This document shows, piece after piece, positions 1-7,723 of a DNA stretch of 64,000 nt (position 1 is the stretch's first letter; the number at the start of each line of letters is the position of its first letter). The translations under genes and the position numbers were made by a program. The notes under the pieces are model-generated. The model was not told where the DNA came from, made no database searches, and saw only the letters and a program-made list of their open reading frames with translations. Source of the stretch: a virus. The stretch lies in the IMG/VR virus record IMGVR_UViG_3300025834_000005. One strand, given 5' to 3'.

Positions 1-48
1 CTTGGTTGAAATAGGTGTTGAGGTTAATGAAAAGTTCTCTTAATAATT

Positions 49-78
49 TGTAACCTTTTGAATTGATTTACGTATAAC
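49..78 (+). promoter_or_regulatory. phage-type promoter motif TGTAACC-N13-TACGTATAAC
   Basis: copy 1; upstream of 107..322. Confidence 0.6.
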
Positions 79-106
79 ATAGAAACAAACACTAAAAACA
101 TTTAAG

Positions 107-322
107 ATGGCAGTTACAAAAGTTCAAAGCAGATTCTTCGAAAATGAAATGGCTCACAATCCTTCGCTGTATGTTAACAGGAAATGTAATTCAGTTAACC
201 TGACAACATTGGCAGAAAGTTTTATCGACGAACATTCACCGTCGAATCAGGAACAGGTTTATGAGGGTGCTGTTGATTGGTACAAAAATTGGAGAGGTAA
301 AGTAGGTTACAACAACAATTAA
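107..322 (+). CDS. hypothetical protein, 71 aa
   Basis: track ORF; ATG downstream of promoter motif 49..78; hairpin terminator 373..410 follows. Confidence 0.6.
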   Translation: MAVTKVQSRFFENEMAHNPSLYVNRKCNSVNLTTLAESFIDEHSPSNQEQVYEGAVDWYKNWRGKVGYNNN

Positions 323-372
323 AATATTTTTTTCATTCCTTTTAGTTTTAAGTTTTATTAATTATTTGTTAG

Positions 373-410
373 GCATCGGAAGGTATCATGAACCCTTTCG
401 ATGCTTTTTT
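373..410 (+). terminator. intrinsic terminator
   Basis: GCATCGGAAGG / CCTTTCGATGC stem followed by T6. Confidence 0.7.
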
Positions 411-487
411 GCAATGTACTGGTTTTAATTAAAAATGCAATGTACAGAAGAAACTAATCTTAATTAAAAACACATTGTGCGATTCTT

Positions 488-517
488 TGTAACCTTTTTA
501 TTTAATTTACGTATAAC
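488..517 (+). promoter_or_regulatory. phage-type promoter motif
   Basis: copy 2; upstream of 533..994. Confidence 0.6.
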
Positions 518-532
518 ATAGAAACAAATACC

Positions 533-994
533 ATGAGATCAATAGAATATCTTGTTCAATTATTTCCTGATAAAACATGTAGAGAGATTCTGGCTATTCA
601 AACAGCAGATAAGCTCGAAGACGACATGAAGTATGAAAAGGTTAACAAAAAGAAGTTGAAGTTCATCGAAGATCATAATACCAATGGTGGATATTATTGT
701 GGTCGGTTCGGCAGTGACCAACGTTATTTCTATCGAGTTTTCAATATGAGAATGGAAGGCTCTGATATCTATATGGACGTTGAAACTTTGGTAGTCTTTA
801 TGAATCAGGAAGGCGTTAAACATCAGGTAACAAAAACTGGCGATGTTAGCGTGGAAAGGCGTACCAAAGTATGGCAGAAGGAAGACACTTACTGTTTGGA
901 AAACAGGGAACGAGTAACAAAAAAAGAATGGGATGCTATTAATGATTATGTTAATAATCTGGCAAAGTTCTGGGATCATATCAAAAAAGTGTAA
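533..994 (+). CDS. hypothetical protein, 153 aa
   Basis: promoter motif 488..517 upstream; TAA stop lies inside next promoter motif (TGTAACC). Confidence 0.65.
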   Translation: MRSIEYLVQLFPDKTCREILAIQTADKLEDDMKYEKVNKKKLKFIEDHNTNGGYYCGRFGSDQRYFYRVFNMRMEGSDIYMDVETLVVFMNQEGVKHQVTKTGDVSVERRTKVWQKEDTYCLENRERVTKKEWDAINDYVNNLAKFWDHIKKV

Positions 995-1019
995 CCTTTT
1001 TGATTCATTTACGTATAAC
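990..1019 (+). promoter_or_regulatory. phage-type promoter motif
   Basis: copy 3; upstream of 1035..1244. Confidence 0.6.
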
Positions 1020-1034
1020 ATAGAAACAAAAGCC

Positions 1035-1244
1035 ATGAGAGAAATAACATTCGAAGTAACATTGAGGTTCAGTTCAAAGGTAACAGCTGACGAGGAAATT
1101 CTTGAAGTTCAGCAAAACATATTGGATGCGATTGTTAGACAAGCTGAAAGTGCAATTCTCGCACCATTGGATAGTGATGCATTCACAACAAATATTAAAG
1201 TGTTTGAACCGTTAACACAGGTTGCAGTGTCACACACTTTTTAA
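1035..1244 (+). CDS. hypothetical protein, 69 aa
   Basis: internal ATG of track ORF 933..1244; the first 34 residues of the track ORF are just a translation of promoter motif 990..1019. Confidence 0.6.
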   Translation: MREITFEVTLRFSSKVTADEEILEVQQNILDAIVRQAESAILAPLDSDAFTTNIKVFEPLTQVAVSHTF

Positions 1245-1307
1245 TTAAAAATATAGTCTTGAGTTTGTTTTAGTTTTAAGTTTGTTTATGTATTTGCCCC
1301 GAAAAGT

Positions 1308-1337
1308 TGTAACCTTTTTGGGGCATTTGCGTATAAC
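1308..1337 (+). promoter_or_regulatory. phage-type promoter motif
   Basis: copy 4 (TTGCGTATAAC); TTGTAAC sits in the loop of the GCCCCGAAAAG/CTTTTTGGGGC hairpin. Confidence 0.6.
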
Positions 1338-1360
1338 ATAGAAACAAACACTTTAAAGAT

Positions 1361-1759
1361 ATGAGAAAAGTTTCAAGGGAATTAGCGATCAGTATGATTT
1401 TACAAGTTATCGTGGTTAATCTTCAAAGGAATAGCGGCACAGGCAAAGGAATTGAAGCTTTATGTAATCGTTTAGAAAAAGGATTCACAGGCTATCAGAG
1501 TTATTCAGACTCTGAATTAGAATCTGAATACGATTATTTGACTAATAAAATTGATCCATTTAAAATTGAAAAACCATCATTTCAATTAGAACGTGACATT
1601 ACACAGGTTAATCGTTACATGTTCACAGTCCATGCTGACACTATCGACCAAGCGTCTGATATATTAGACCAATGCCTTGAAGCTGGCGAAATGCCTTGCT
1701 TGTATCAACACACTGATGATGGTGTTATATCATGCTATGACCGAATCGCTGACTGTTAA
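1361..1759 (+). CDS. hypothetical protein, 132 aa
   Basis: promoter motif 1308..1337 upstream; long ORF in coding-dense + strand. Confidence 0.65.
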   Translation: MRKVSRELAISMILQVIVVNLQRNSGTGKGIEALCNRLEKGFTGYQSYSDSELESEYDYLTNKIDPFKIEKPSFQLERDITQVNRYMFTVHADTIDQASDILDQCLEAGEMPCLYQHTDDGVISCYDRIADC

Positions 1760-1779
1760 GATTTTAAATTAAAAACGAT

Positions 1780-2049
1780 ATGATGTACCCTAATAAGATT
1801 TTTACCTCAGAGGTTGTTATTGATAAAAACATATTCGGTGGAAAATCACATTTTGTGATTACCGTTGCTGCTCAAAATGCCATAGTCGCAAAACAATATG
1901 TTAAGGAAAAGATTGGTATTGATGTTGAACCTCAATGGATTATGAATGCAGCCTATCCAACAATATACAATCAAACAGGTAGCACACCGTTAGCTGTTCA
2001 AGCTAAAATAATAGGCAATAATACCTTTCATACTGATTTTAATGTGTAA
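1780..2049 (+). CDS. hypothetical protein, 89 aa
   Basis: A-rich junction (AAATTAAAAAC) before ATG; stop inside promoter motif 2045..2074. Confidence 0.6.
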   Translation: MMYPNKIFTSEVVIDKNIFGGKSHFVITVAAQNAIVAKQYVKEKIGIDVEPQWIMNAAYPTIYNQTGSTPLAVQAKIIGNNTFHTDFNV

Positions 2050-2074
2050 CCTTTTAATCTGATTTACGTATAAC
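2045..2074 (+). promoter_or_regulatory. phage-type promoter motif
   Basis: copy 5; upstream of 2097..2660. Confidence 0.6.
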
Positions 2075-2096
2075 ATAGAAACAAACAACAAACGCT

Positions 2097-2660
2097 ATGG
2101 GATGGACACAGTTTAGATTAAAAGAACCAGTTAAGAATTGGTTTAAGAATCGGTGGGAATCAACAGATGGTTACAAAGTATTGGATTCAGCATTGGTTCA
2201 GCGTACAACTTTGTATGCAGCTATACAGAAAATTGAAACAGGCGAAGTGTTTTGTGCCGTTTACTTAATCAGGTGGTCTAATGAGTATTTCAATTTCTGT
2301 TACAAAGATATGACTGAGTTTGCTGGGCCTTGTGAAGCAAAATGTCCTCAACGTATTTTCGATCTGTTAACTCCATTAAGTGACGACGAAGATAATAACT
2401 ATGCACGTGAATGGCGTAAAAGAGTTGAGTCGCTTTTAATTAAAAGGAAAGAACTCTCAGGTTGCGTTAAGATCATTAAACTTGAAAACCCTATCGGGTT
2501 TGGAAGAGGCTATCGTTTTCAATACTTCAAAAAGGTTGGAAGAGTGTTCTATGCAGGCACAATGGAAGAAACAGGCGTCTTTGACTCAACAACAAGAGTA
2601 TCAGGTTTTAATCCAACAGATTATAAATATGAATTGATTGACTGTATTGAATCAGTTTAA
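2097..2660 (+). CDS. hypothetical protein, 187 aa
   Basis: promoter motif 2045..2074 upstream; terminator hairpin 2665..2692 downstream. Confidence 0.7.
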   Translation: MGWTQFRLKEPVKNWFKNRWESTDGYKVLDSALVQRTTLYAAIQKIETGEVFCAVYLIRWSNEYFNFCYKDMTEFAGPCEAKCPQRIFDLLTPLSDDEDNNYAREWRKRVESLLIKRKELSGCVKIIKLENPIGFGRGYRFQYFKKVGRVFYAGTMEETGVFDSTTRVSGFNPTDYKYELIDCIESV

Positions 2661-2664
2661 ATAA

Positions 2665-2693
2665 AAAAGGTTACATTAGTTTGTAACCTTTTT
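2665..2693 (+). terminator. hairpin sharing its 3' arm with promoter motif 2682..2711
   Basis: AAAAGGTTACA-ttagtt-TGTAACCTTTT. Confidence 0.55.
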
Positions 2694-2711
2694 GATTCAT
2701 TTACGTATAAC
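2682..2711 (+). promoter_or_regulatory. phage-type promoter motif
   Basis: copy 6; upstream of 2733..3692. Confidence 0.6.
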
Positions 2712-2732
2712 ATAGAAACAAAAACATTTACT

Positions 2733-3692
2733 ATGAAAATTCCACAAAGTAATCTACCAACTGTTCAGGGTTTTTATTTCGTAAGAACGTCAGAGTCAGC
2801 CATGTGGCAACTTCTTCTTGAGGTTATCGGTATTGCTCCGTTCATGGGCGTTGCAACTATTCACGCTTTATTTAAAGAAAGTGATACAACGATTCTTGAG
2901 AATCTTACAGATTTATATTGGAGCGAAGTGATTGAATTGAAAGCCATTCAGGACGACGTTCACGTAGGATTTAAGATCACAAAAGACACGAAAGACACTA
3001 TCATTTTTCATTTGGGCAACGATGAAACAAAGGTAAATGACATTGTTGCAGAAGCCGAAGACTTTTTCAAAGCAAAGATTATAGAACACTTAGACAATGT
3101 ACCTGATGATGATGTTGAGGTTGCACTCGAAAACGGATTCATTGATAATGAAGACCTTGGCATTGCCATTTGCCTTTCATGGTCACAGGTTTTAATTAAC
3201 AACCCATTGTACAGAGTTAGGTGTGGTGAAACAATTTGTACGGTTGGCGAACTACGTTCAGCAATGGCTGACTGTGATGATAATGATTCAATGATCTTAG
3301 CACCGTGCGATGAAGAGGGCGACGAAACAGATCACTATCCTTTTTATGTTGATATTTATGACGGCTTAAAGGACGACAAAGGCAATGAGTTTAAAGAGGT
3401 TCGTTTGTGTCAGCAGAATCATGAGGCTTGGGATGCAAAAAAATCTTACGATGCTATCTTAACACCCGTTGTTGATTTTCCACCGTTCCAAAAATGTAAA
3501 CAAGTTGTTGTACGACCCGACATTTTAAAACGTGAAGAAGGCGTTCCAGTTGGCGATAAATATTATTATGCTTCAGAGCCGTTACTTTCACGTTGGCTAC
3601 ATGAGGATGAACCCAATGAAACATTTCAAGTTTACTTTGCGGACAAATGGCGTGACGCTGAATCAATTGATTGGAATGACTATGTAAAATAA
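2733..3692 (+). CDS. hypothetical acidic protein, 319 aa
   Basis: promoter motif 2682..2711 upstream; hairpin 3711..3742 downstream. Confidence 0.7.
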   Translation: MKIPQSNLPTVQGFYFVRTSESAMWQLLLEVIGIAPFMGVATIHALFKESDTTILENLTDLYWSEVIELKAIQDDVHVGFKITKDTKDTIIFHLGNDETKVNDIVAEAEDFFKAKIIEHLDNVPDDDVEVALENGFIDNEDLGIAICLSWSQVLINNPLYRVRCGETICTVGELRSAMADCDDNDSMILAPCDEEGDETDHYPFYVDIYDGLKDDKGNEFKEVRLCQQNHEAWDAKKSYDAILTPVVDFPPFQKCKQVVVRPDILKREEGVPVGDKYYYASEPLLSRWLHEDEPNETFQVYFADKWRDAESIDWNDYVK

Positions 3693-3710
3693 CCCAATAC
3701 GATTTTAATT

Positions 3711-3742
3711 AAAAAGGTTGCAATTAATTTTGTAACCTTTTT
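3711..3742 (+). terminator. hairpin sharing its 3' arm with promoter motif 3731..3760
   Basis: AAAAAGGTTGCA-N8-TGTAACCTTTTT. Confidence 0.55.
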
Positions 3743-3760
3743 TTATGGTTTACGTATAAC
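3731..3760 (+). promoter_or_regulatory. phage-type promoter motif
   Basis: copy 7; upstream of 3776..4039. Confidence 0.6.
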
Positions 3761-3775
3761 ATAGAAACAAACGCT

Positions 3776-4039
3776 ATGACACAGAAAGACTTTAAAGAGA
3801 CTTGCAATATCGCTGAATACGGCAAAGGAATTAATAAGCGTAATGCTATTTACTTTGACAGAAACACTCAAGGTTATAAGTACATGGTTAAATGTGGTGT
3901 GGATGTTATGAAACGTGCAGAGTTGCTTAAATTGGCTTATACATGGTTTACAGAGGGCGTTGTTCACATTCCTTATAATGTGAAATACAGGTTTGCCGAA
4001 TCAGATAATGATCGTTTCAAAGTTTCATTAATGGGTTAA
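3776..4039 (+). CDS. hypothetical protein, 87 aa
   Basis: promoter motif 3731..3760 upstream. Confidence 0.6.
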   Translation: MTQKDFKETCNIAEYGKGINKRNAIYFDRNTQGYKYMVKCGVDVMKRAELLKLAYTWFTEGVVHIPYNVKYRFAESDNDRFKVSLMG

Positions 4040-4057
4040 TCTTTTTAATTAAAAATC

Positions 4058-4369
4058 ATGAGAAAGCTAATTGAGAAAATGTATGGCGGTTTGATAAAAA
4101 CTAAAAGTGATATTATCACCATTAAAGATTATTCGAATGAGAATAAAATGCTTGAGTATGGCTTCAGTCCTTTCTCTCACTATAATAAGCCAAAAACATT
4201 ATTCTATTATTGGTGGGATATGCTTGAAATTCAATCACAGGTTGAAGATTTTGATTTAGATGTGTTTGAAGTTGAGCTATTAGCATTCTTCAATGTTCAT
4301 TATGGTAAGAGAGGCAAACGTGTTGAGGCTTATTATATTGGTACAAAGGAACGAGTTTCTGATTATTAA
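4058..4369 (+). CDS. hypothetical protein, 103 aa
   Basis: ATG directly after TTAATTAAAAA junction motif. Confidence 0.6.
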   Translation: MRKLIEKMYGGLIKTKSDIITIKDYSNENKMLEYGFSPFSHYNKPKTLFYYWWDMLEIQSQVEDFDLDVFEVELLAFFNVHYGKRGKRVEAYYIGTKERVSDY

Positions 4370-4370
4370 T

Positions 4371-4400
4371 TGTAACCTTTATTTTCCATTTACGTATAAC
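4371..4400 (+). promoter_or_regulatory. phage-type promoter motif
   Basis: copy 8; upstream of 4416..4730. Confidence 0.6.
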
Positions 4401-4415
4401 ATAGAAACAAACACT

Positions 4416-4730
4416 ATGAAAGTAACAGGATTTATTCACACGGAAACAAAACTTGATCTTCAACCTTTCGGAAATTTTAAATTTTCATGGGCAAAGAAAA
4501 AAGCAGTTTCGCCTAATGTTATTATGATAAGGGAGCTTGTTATGGGTGATCGTTGGAACGTGGGCGACGAAAGTTACAATGCTTTAATAAAGGAAATGAA
4601 GAAAACAAAAACCGATGTATTTGTTAATGTTGTGCACTCAAAAAATTATTATTACACAACAGTCGGGAAACCTTACATCATTTCAATTGATCATATAAAT
4701 CTTCGAAACCATGAATCAACCATACGTTAG
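4416..4730 (+). CDS. hypothetical protein, 104 aa
   Basis: internal ATG of track ORF 4293..4730, placed after promoter motif 4371..4400. Confidence 0.6.
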   Translation: MKVTGFIHTETKLDLQPFGNFKFSWAKKKAVSPNVIMIRELVMGDRWNVGDESYNALIKEMKKTKTDVFVNVVHSKNYYYTTVGKPYIISIDHINLRNHESTIR

Positions 4731-4938
4731 TTATAATACCCATCAATTTAAAAGCGATGGAAAATGTATTCAGACCTATAAAAAGGTTGTAAAGGAAATG
4801 GCGGTTTTAATTAAAAAGAGTTGGGACAATGAGGTTCATGTATTTCGCCAAAGACGTGGATGTTGGGGGGAATGGTTTGAGATATGGGGATTAGACGCAA
4901 ACGGCAAACCTAAAATAAATAAACAGGGTTGGCAATGA
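4711..4938 (+). CDS. hypothetical protein, 75 aa
   Basis: track ORF, 20-nt overlap with upstream gene. Confidence 0.5.
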   Translation: MNQPYVSYNTHQFKSDGKCIQTYKKVVKEMAVLIKKSWDNEVHVFRQRRGCWGEWFEIWGLDANGKPKINKQGWQ

Positions 4939-4941
4939 TCT

Positions 4942-4971
4942 TGTAACCTTTTGGATTCATTTACGTATAAC
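4942..4971 (+). promoter_or_regulatory. phage-type promoter motif
   Basis: copy 9; upstream of 4993..5229. Confidence 0.6.
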
Positions 4972-4992
4972 TTAGAAACAAATACTTATCCA

Positions 4993-5229
4993 ATGTTCTA
5001 CGAAATCAACGTTGCCAAAGACACAAAAAGCAATTACAGAAATGAGGTTAATTACAGGCATTTCTTCGCTACAGCACCCAGAAGCATCACAACTGATGAT
5101 GAATTAAAAACAGCACTCGAAATCTTTATGGTTGCATTTCCTGAACCAATGTATAACATAACGGTTACAAGAGACGACCAAAGGAGTGAGGGTGTTAACA
5201 TTGAGGACTTTTTAAATAAGAAGCGATGA
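4993..5229 (+). CDS. hypothetical protein, 78 aa
   Basis: internal ATG of track ORF 4951..5229, after promoter motif 4942..4971. Confidence 0.6.
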   Translation: MFYEINVAKDTKSNYRNEVNYRHFFATAPRSITTDDELKTALEIFMVAFPEPMYNITVTRDDQRSEGVNIEDFLNKKR

Positions 5230-5387
5230 AAAAGGAAAAGAAACATAGGTATTATGATATGAAGTATTGGGTTGGCTTCAATCTTATCGAAACAGAAAAT
5301 TGGTATAAGAGTCTGAATGATGCACATAAGTACTGCAACCGACTTGATTATAAAATTTTAAGCATAAAATATATCGGTTGGAAATAA
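5226..5387 (+). CDS. hypothetical protein, 53 aa (below ORF-track cutoff)
   Basis: hand-translated MKKEKKHRYYDMKYW...; ATGA start/stop overlap with 4993..5229. Confidence 0.45.
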   Translation: MKKEKKHRYYDMKYWVGFNLIETENWYKSLNDAHKYCNRLDYKILSIKYIGWK

Positions 5388-5400
5388 AAATAACAATCTT

Positions 5401-5430
5401 TGTAACCTTTTTAAAGTATTTACGTATAAC
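5401..5430 (+). promoter_or_regulatory. phage-type promoter motif
   Basis: copy 10; upstream of noncoding unit 5431..5925. Confidence 0.6.
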
Positions 5431-5925
5431 ATAGAAACAAAGCATAAACAATTAAAACTTTCATCATGAAAAAGAATTAATAAAAATATTCAGATAGGGC
5501 TTATCAATCTCAGGTAGGTAAAGCGGAATAAGGCTGAACATCTATATAAGAAAAGCGAAAGCAAACATCCGCACAGGTTTGCAATTAGCAGTGGACGCAT
5601 TAAAAGGAAGCGTACATGAAAAACATTGGAGGAAATATATAACAAGTACTTCAAATTCCTTTTCTTTAATCGTGACGTTTTTGAAAAGAGTGAGTAGTTT
5701 CGGATGCGGTTAGAGTAATAAGTTAAACGAAAGCGATGATCTTGAGGGAGCAAATAAAAAACTCCAAGTGATTAGTTCATAGCATGTTAACGTAATTTGT
5801 TTTGGGTTTATTCAGGTACGTTGACGCTCACTTAAGATCATTTACAATATTATATTACCTGTATGGGTAATAAACCCGATAAATAACCTGTATGGGTTTA
5901 TTTACCGATTAAAAATAAATCATTT
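5431..5925 (+). ncRNA. candidate large (about 500 nt) noncoding transcript
   Basis: promoter motif 5401..5430 is followed only by a 4-codon mini-ORF (5466..5480); purine-rich, GCGAAAGC-type loops, 12-bp hairpin 5866-5877/5894-5906. Confidence 0.3.
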
Positions 5926-5950
5926 GAATTTCAAGTTTGTTTGTTTGTTT

Positions 5951-5978
5951 AAAAGGTTACATTAATTTGTAACCTTTT
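5951..5978 (+). terminator. hairpin sharing its 3' arm with promoter motif 5968..5997
   Basis: AAAAGGTTACA-N6-TGTAACCTTTT followed by a T-run. Confidence 0.55.
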
Positions 5979-5997
5979 TTTTGTGTTTACGTATAAC
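5968..5997 (+). promoter_or_regulatory. phage-type promoter motif
   Basis: copy 11; upstream of 6013..6432. Confidence 0.6.
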
Positions 5998-6012
5998 AAA
6001 GAAACAAACGAT

Positions 6013-6432
6013 ATGAATACTAAACAGTGTTTAAATTGCGGTCACAACAATATCAATGGCGTTGTTAAAATTGATGACTTAGGTTCGCATATGATCTGCA
6101 AGAAATGTTGTTCATCCTTTGATACGATTGTTGAGGCGAATGACTCTTATACAATAGGTTATTCTTATTTAAAAAACAAATACGGCTACAAAGGTATTGT
6201 CTATACATCGGCATTCAGAGAGAAACTTCATAAGACTTATTCAGTTAAAGCTCGTAGGGAATTGGAAGCAAATGCAACCGAAAAGGATTATCACACTTTT
6301 TTAAAACCCATTGACAAAGATAACTTTGATGACAGATGCATCGAATTATTATTAGGTCAGTATTATTATGGCTATACGATTAGATTCGAATTGTTTGATA
6401 AGCTATGCAGTATGGGTATCATTAGTTTGTAA
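6013..6432 (+). CDS. Cys-rich (CxxC...CxxC) zinc-ribbon-like protein, 139 aa
   Basis: start after promoter motif 5968..5997; CLNCGHNN...CKKCC near N-terminus; stop in next promoter motif. Confidence 0.6.
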   Translation: MNTKQCLNCGHNNINGVVKIDDLGSHMICKKCCSSFDTIVEANDSYTIGYSYLKNKYGYKGIVYTSAFREKLHKTYSVKARRELEANATEKDYHTFLKPIDKDNFDDRCIELLLGQYYYGYTIRFELFDKLCSMGIISL

Positions 6433-6457
6433 CCTTTTCAATTCATTTACGTATAAC
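6428..6457 (+). promoter_or_regulatory. phage-type promoter motif
   Basis: copy 12; upstream of 6472..6714. Confidence 0.6.
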
Positions 6458-6471
6458 ATAGAAACAAGGAA

Positions 6472-6714
6472 ATGAATTTATATACATTAAAACAGAATGT
6501 TGAGGACTGGTTACGAAGAAAAGGAATTGAAAACTGTTCCGTTATAGGCTTAGGCAAAGGTTGTAGAGGCGTTGAGATATGGATGCGTAAAGGTAATGCA
6601 GAAAGCTTCATAGCAGAACATGGCAATACTCTTGAAACGGCACTGTATAAAGGATATTTTACGTCTTCTCATAATGGATATGCTGTTTATGTATCAATGG
6701 TACTGAATAAATAA
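6472..6714 (+). CDS. hypothetical protein, 80 aa
   Basis: promoter motif 6428..6457 upstream. Confidence 0.6.
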   Translation: MNLYTLKQNVEDWLRRKGIENCSVIGLGKGCRGVEIWMRKGNAESFIAEHGNTLETALYKGYFTSSHNGYAVYVSMVLNK

Positions 6715-6731
6715 CTCTTAATTAAAAACAG

Positions 6732-7112
6732 ATGAAAGACAAATGCGAAGAAAGTGGAACATTTAAATATAACTGTACAGTATATGAGTTTAAAAGTGGC
6801 TCAATAGGTTCATACTTTACTGAACGATACTACGGTGGCTCGAATGAAATATTCGTTTCAGTCGTTGTTCCCGAAGAGATATACGTTTTAATTAAAAACA
6901 TGAATGCTGACATGTTGGATTGGAGTAGCAATGATAATGTTATCGCATTTCATAAATGGTTGAATACCATTAGCTTAAGCCAGGTTTATGATGATATGCT
7001 TATCGAGGGTAAGCTACTTGAATACTTAGGCGACATGGAATGGAAATTTAAAACAACAGAAGAACTCATTGAACACGTGACAAAAAAGATCATAGAGTTT
7101 AAAGCTTTGTAA
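6732..7112 (+). CDS. hypothetical protein, 126 aa
   Basis: TTAATTAAAAAC junction before ATG; stop in promoter motif 7108..7137. Confidence 0.6.
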   Translation: MKDKCEESGTFKYNCTVYEFKSGSIGSYFTERYYGGSNEIFVSVVVPEEIYVLIKNMNADMLDWSSNDNVIAFHKWLNTISLSQVYDDMLIEGKLLEYLGDMEWKFKTTEELIEHVTKKIIEFKAL

Positions 7113-7137
7113 CCTTTTATTTTCATTTACGTATAAC
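7108..7137 (+). promoter_or_regulatory. phage-type promoter motif
   Basis: copy 13; upstream of 7153..7422. Confidence 0.6.
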
Positions 7138-7152
7138 ATAGAAACAAAGGAA

Positions 7153-7422
7153 ATGAAAACGAAACGATTCACAATAGTAGCATTCCATAATTCAGATATG
7201 GATAATCAACAGCACTTCTTTTCAACATCACATACCCAACAGCTTGAAGTTGATAAGTATAAATGGATTCCTGTTACATATGCGCTACCAATGCTTGTAA
7301 CGCCACGTATGGAATTGATTGATGGAATTGTAAGGAACAAAGCAGAGTGGACAGTTATCTTTGCAAAGGATTCAATTGAAGTTCCAAACCCTGATGAAAA
7401 TTTTAAAGTAACTGATTTTTAA
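7153..7422 (+). CDS. hypothetical protein, 89 aa
   Basis: promoter motif 7108..7137 upstream. Confidence 0.6.
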   Translation: MKTKRFTIVAFHNSDMDNQQHFFSTSHTQQLEVDKYKWIPVTYALPMLVTPRMELIDGIVRNKAEWTVIFAKDSIEVPNPDENFKVTDF

Positions 7423-7433
7423 TTAAAAACGCT

Positions 7434-7679
7434 ATGGAGAATAATATTATCGCATTGGTTGACAACTTCATTAAAACCTATGGAGTCAAAGTAAAAAACA
7501 AAGAAACAGATGCTTATGTTGAACTCATGATGGATGATCATGATTGTATTGAAAAAAGCAAGTACTATAAAAATGGCTCGGTTAAGGTAGAACAGTTCTA
7601 CATACCTCAGAACAATTCCTTTTACACTGATAACGACGACCTGTTAAGATTGATGATCGTTGCTCATTTCGGATTGTAA
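7434..7679 (+). CDS. hypothetical protein, 81 aa
   Basis: TTAATTAAAAAC junction; stop in promoter motif 7675..7704. Confidence 0.6.
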   Translation: MENNIIALVDNFIKTYGVKVKNKETDAYVELMMDDHDCIEKSKYYKNGSVKVEQFYIPQNNSFYTDNDDLLRLMIVAHFGL

Positions 7680-7704
7680 CCTTTTACTTTCATTTACGTA
7701 TAAC
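7675..7704 (+). promoter_or_regulatory. phage-type promoter motif
   Basis: copy 14; upstream of 7724..8584. Confidence 0.6.
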
Positions 7705-7723
7705 ATAGAAACAAACAAACATC

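Noticed and set aside
933-1034. A conserved peptide (..CNLFDSFTYNIETK.. / FTYNxETN) appears at the N-termini of several track ORFs: 933, 4293, 4951, 5983, 49582 and 12707, plus the C-terminus of 42687..43190.
   Set aside because: It is simply the in-frame translation of the 30-nt promoter motif (TGTAACCTTTT..TTTACGTATAACATAGAAAC). Starts were moved to the first ATG after the motif.
560-1036. Long antisense track ORFs: 560..1036, 3008..3202, 3454..3666, 3743..3967, 5052..5327, 10474..10734, 11609..12074, 21128..21391, 33145..33432, 38033..38614, 41018..41401, 41704..41943, 47077..47373, 48712..49166 and 52291..52554, among others.
   Set aside because: All overlap better-supported + strand genes in an AT-rich genome where antisense ORFs arise easily. 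None has a promoter-like element or recognisable motif.
5490-5753. An 87-aa minus-strand ORF inside the 5.4-5.9 kb gap.
   Set aside because: It has no start context or motif, and its sequence is Leu/Arg/Ser-rich and junk-like. The region is better explained as a + strand noncoding unit behind promoter copy 10.
5431-5925. Interpreting this unit as a group I or group II intron.
   Set aside because: There are no flanking exon halves of an interrupted gene, no intron-encoded ORF, and no recognisable catalytic-core motifs by eye.
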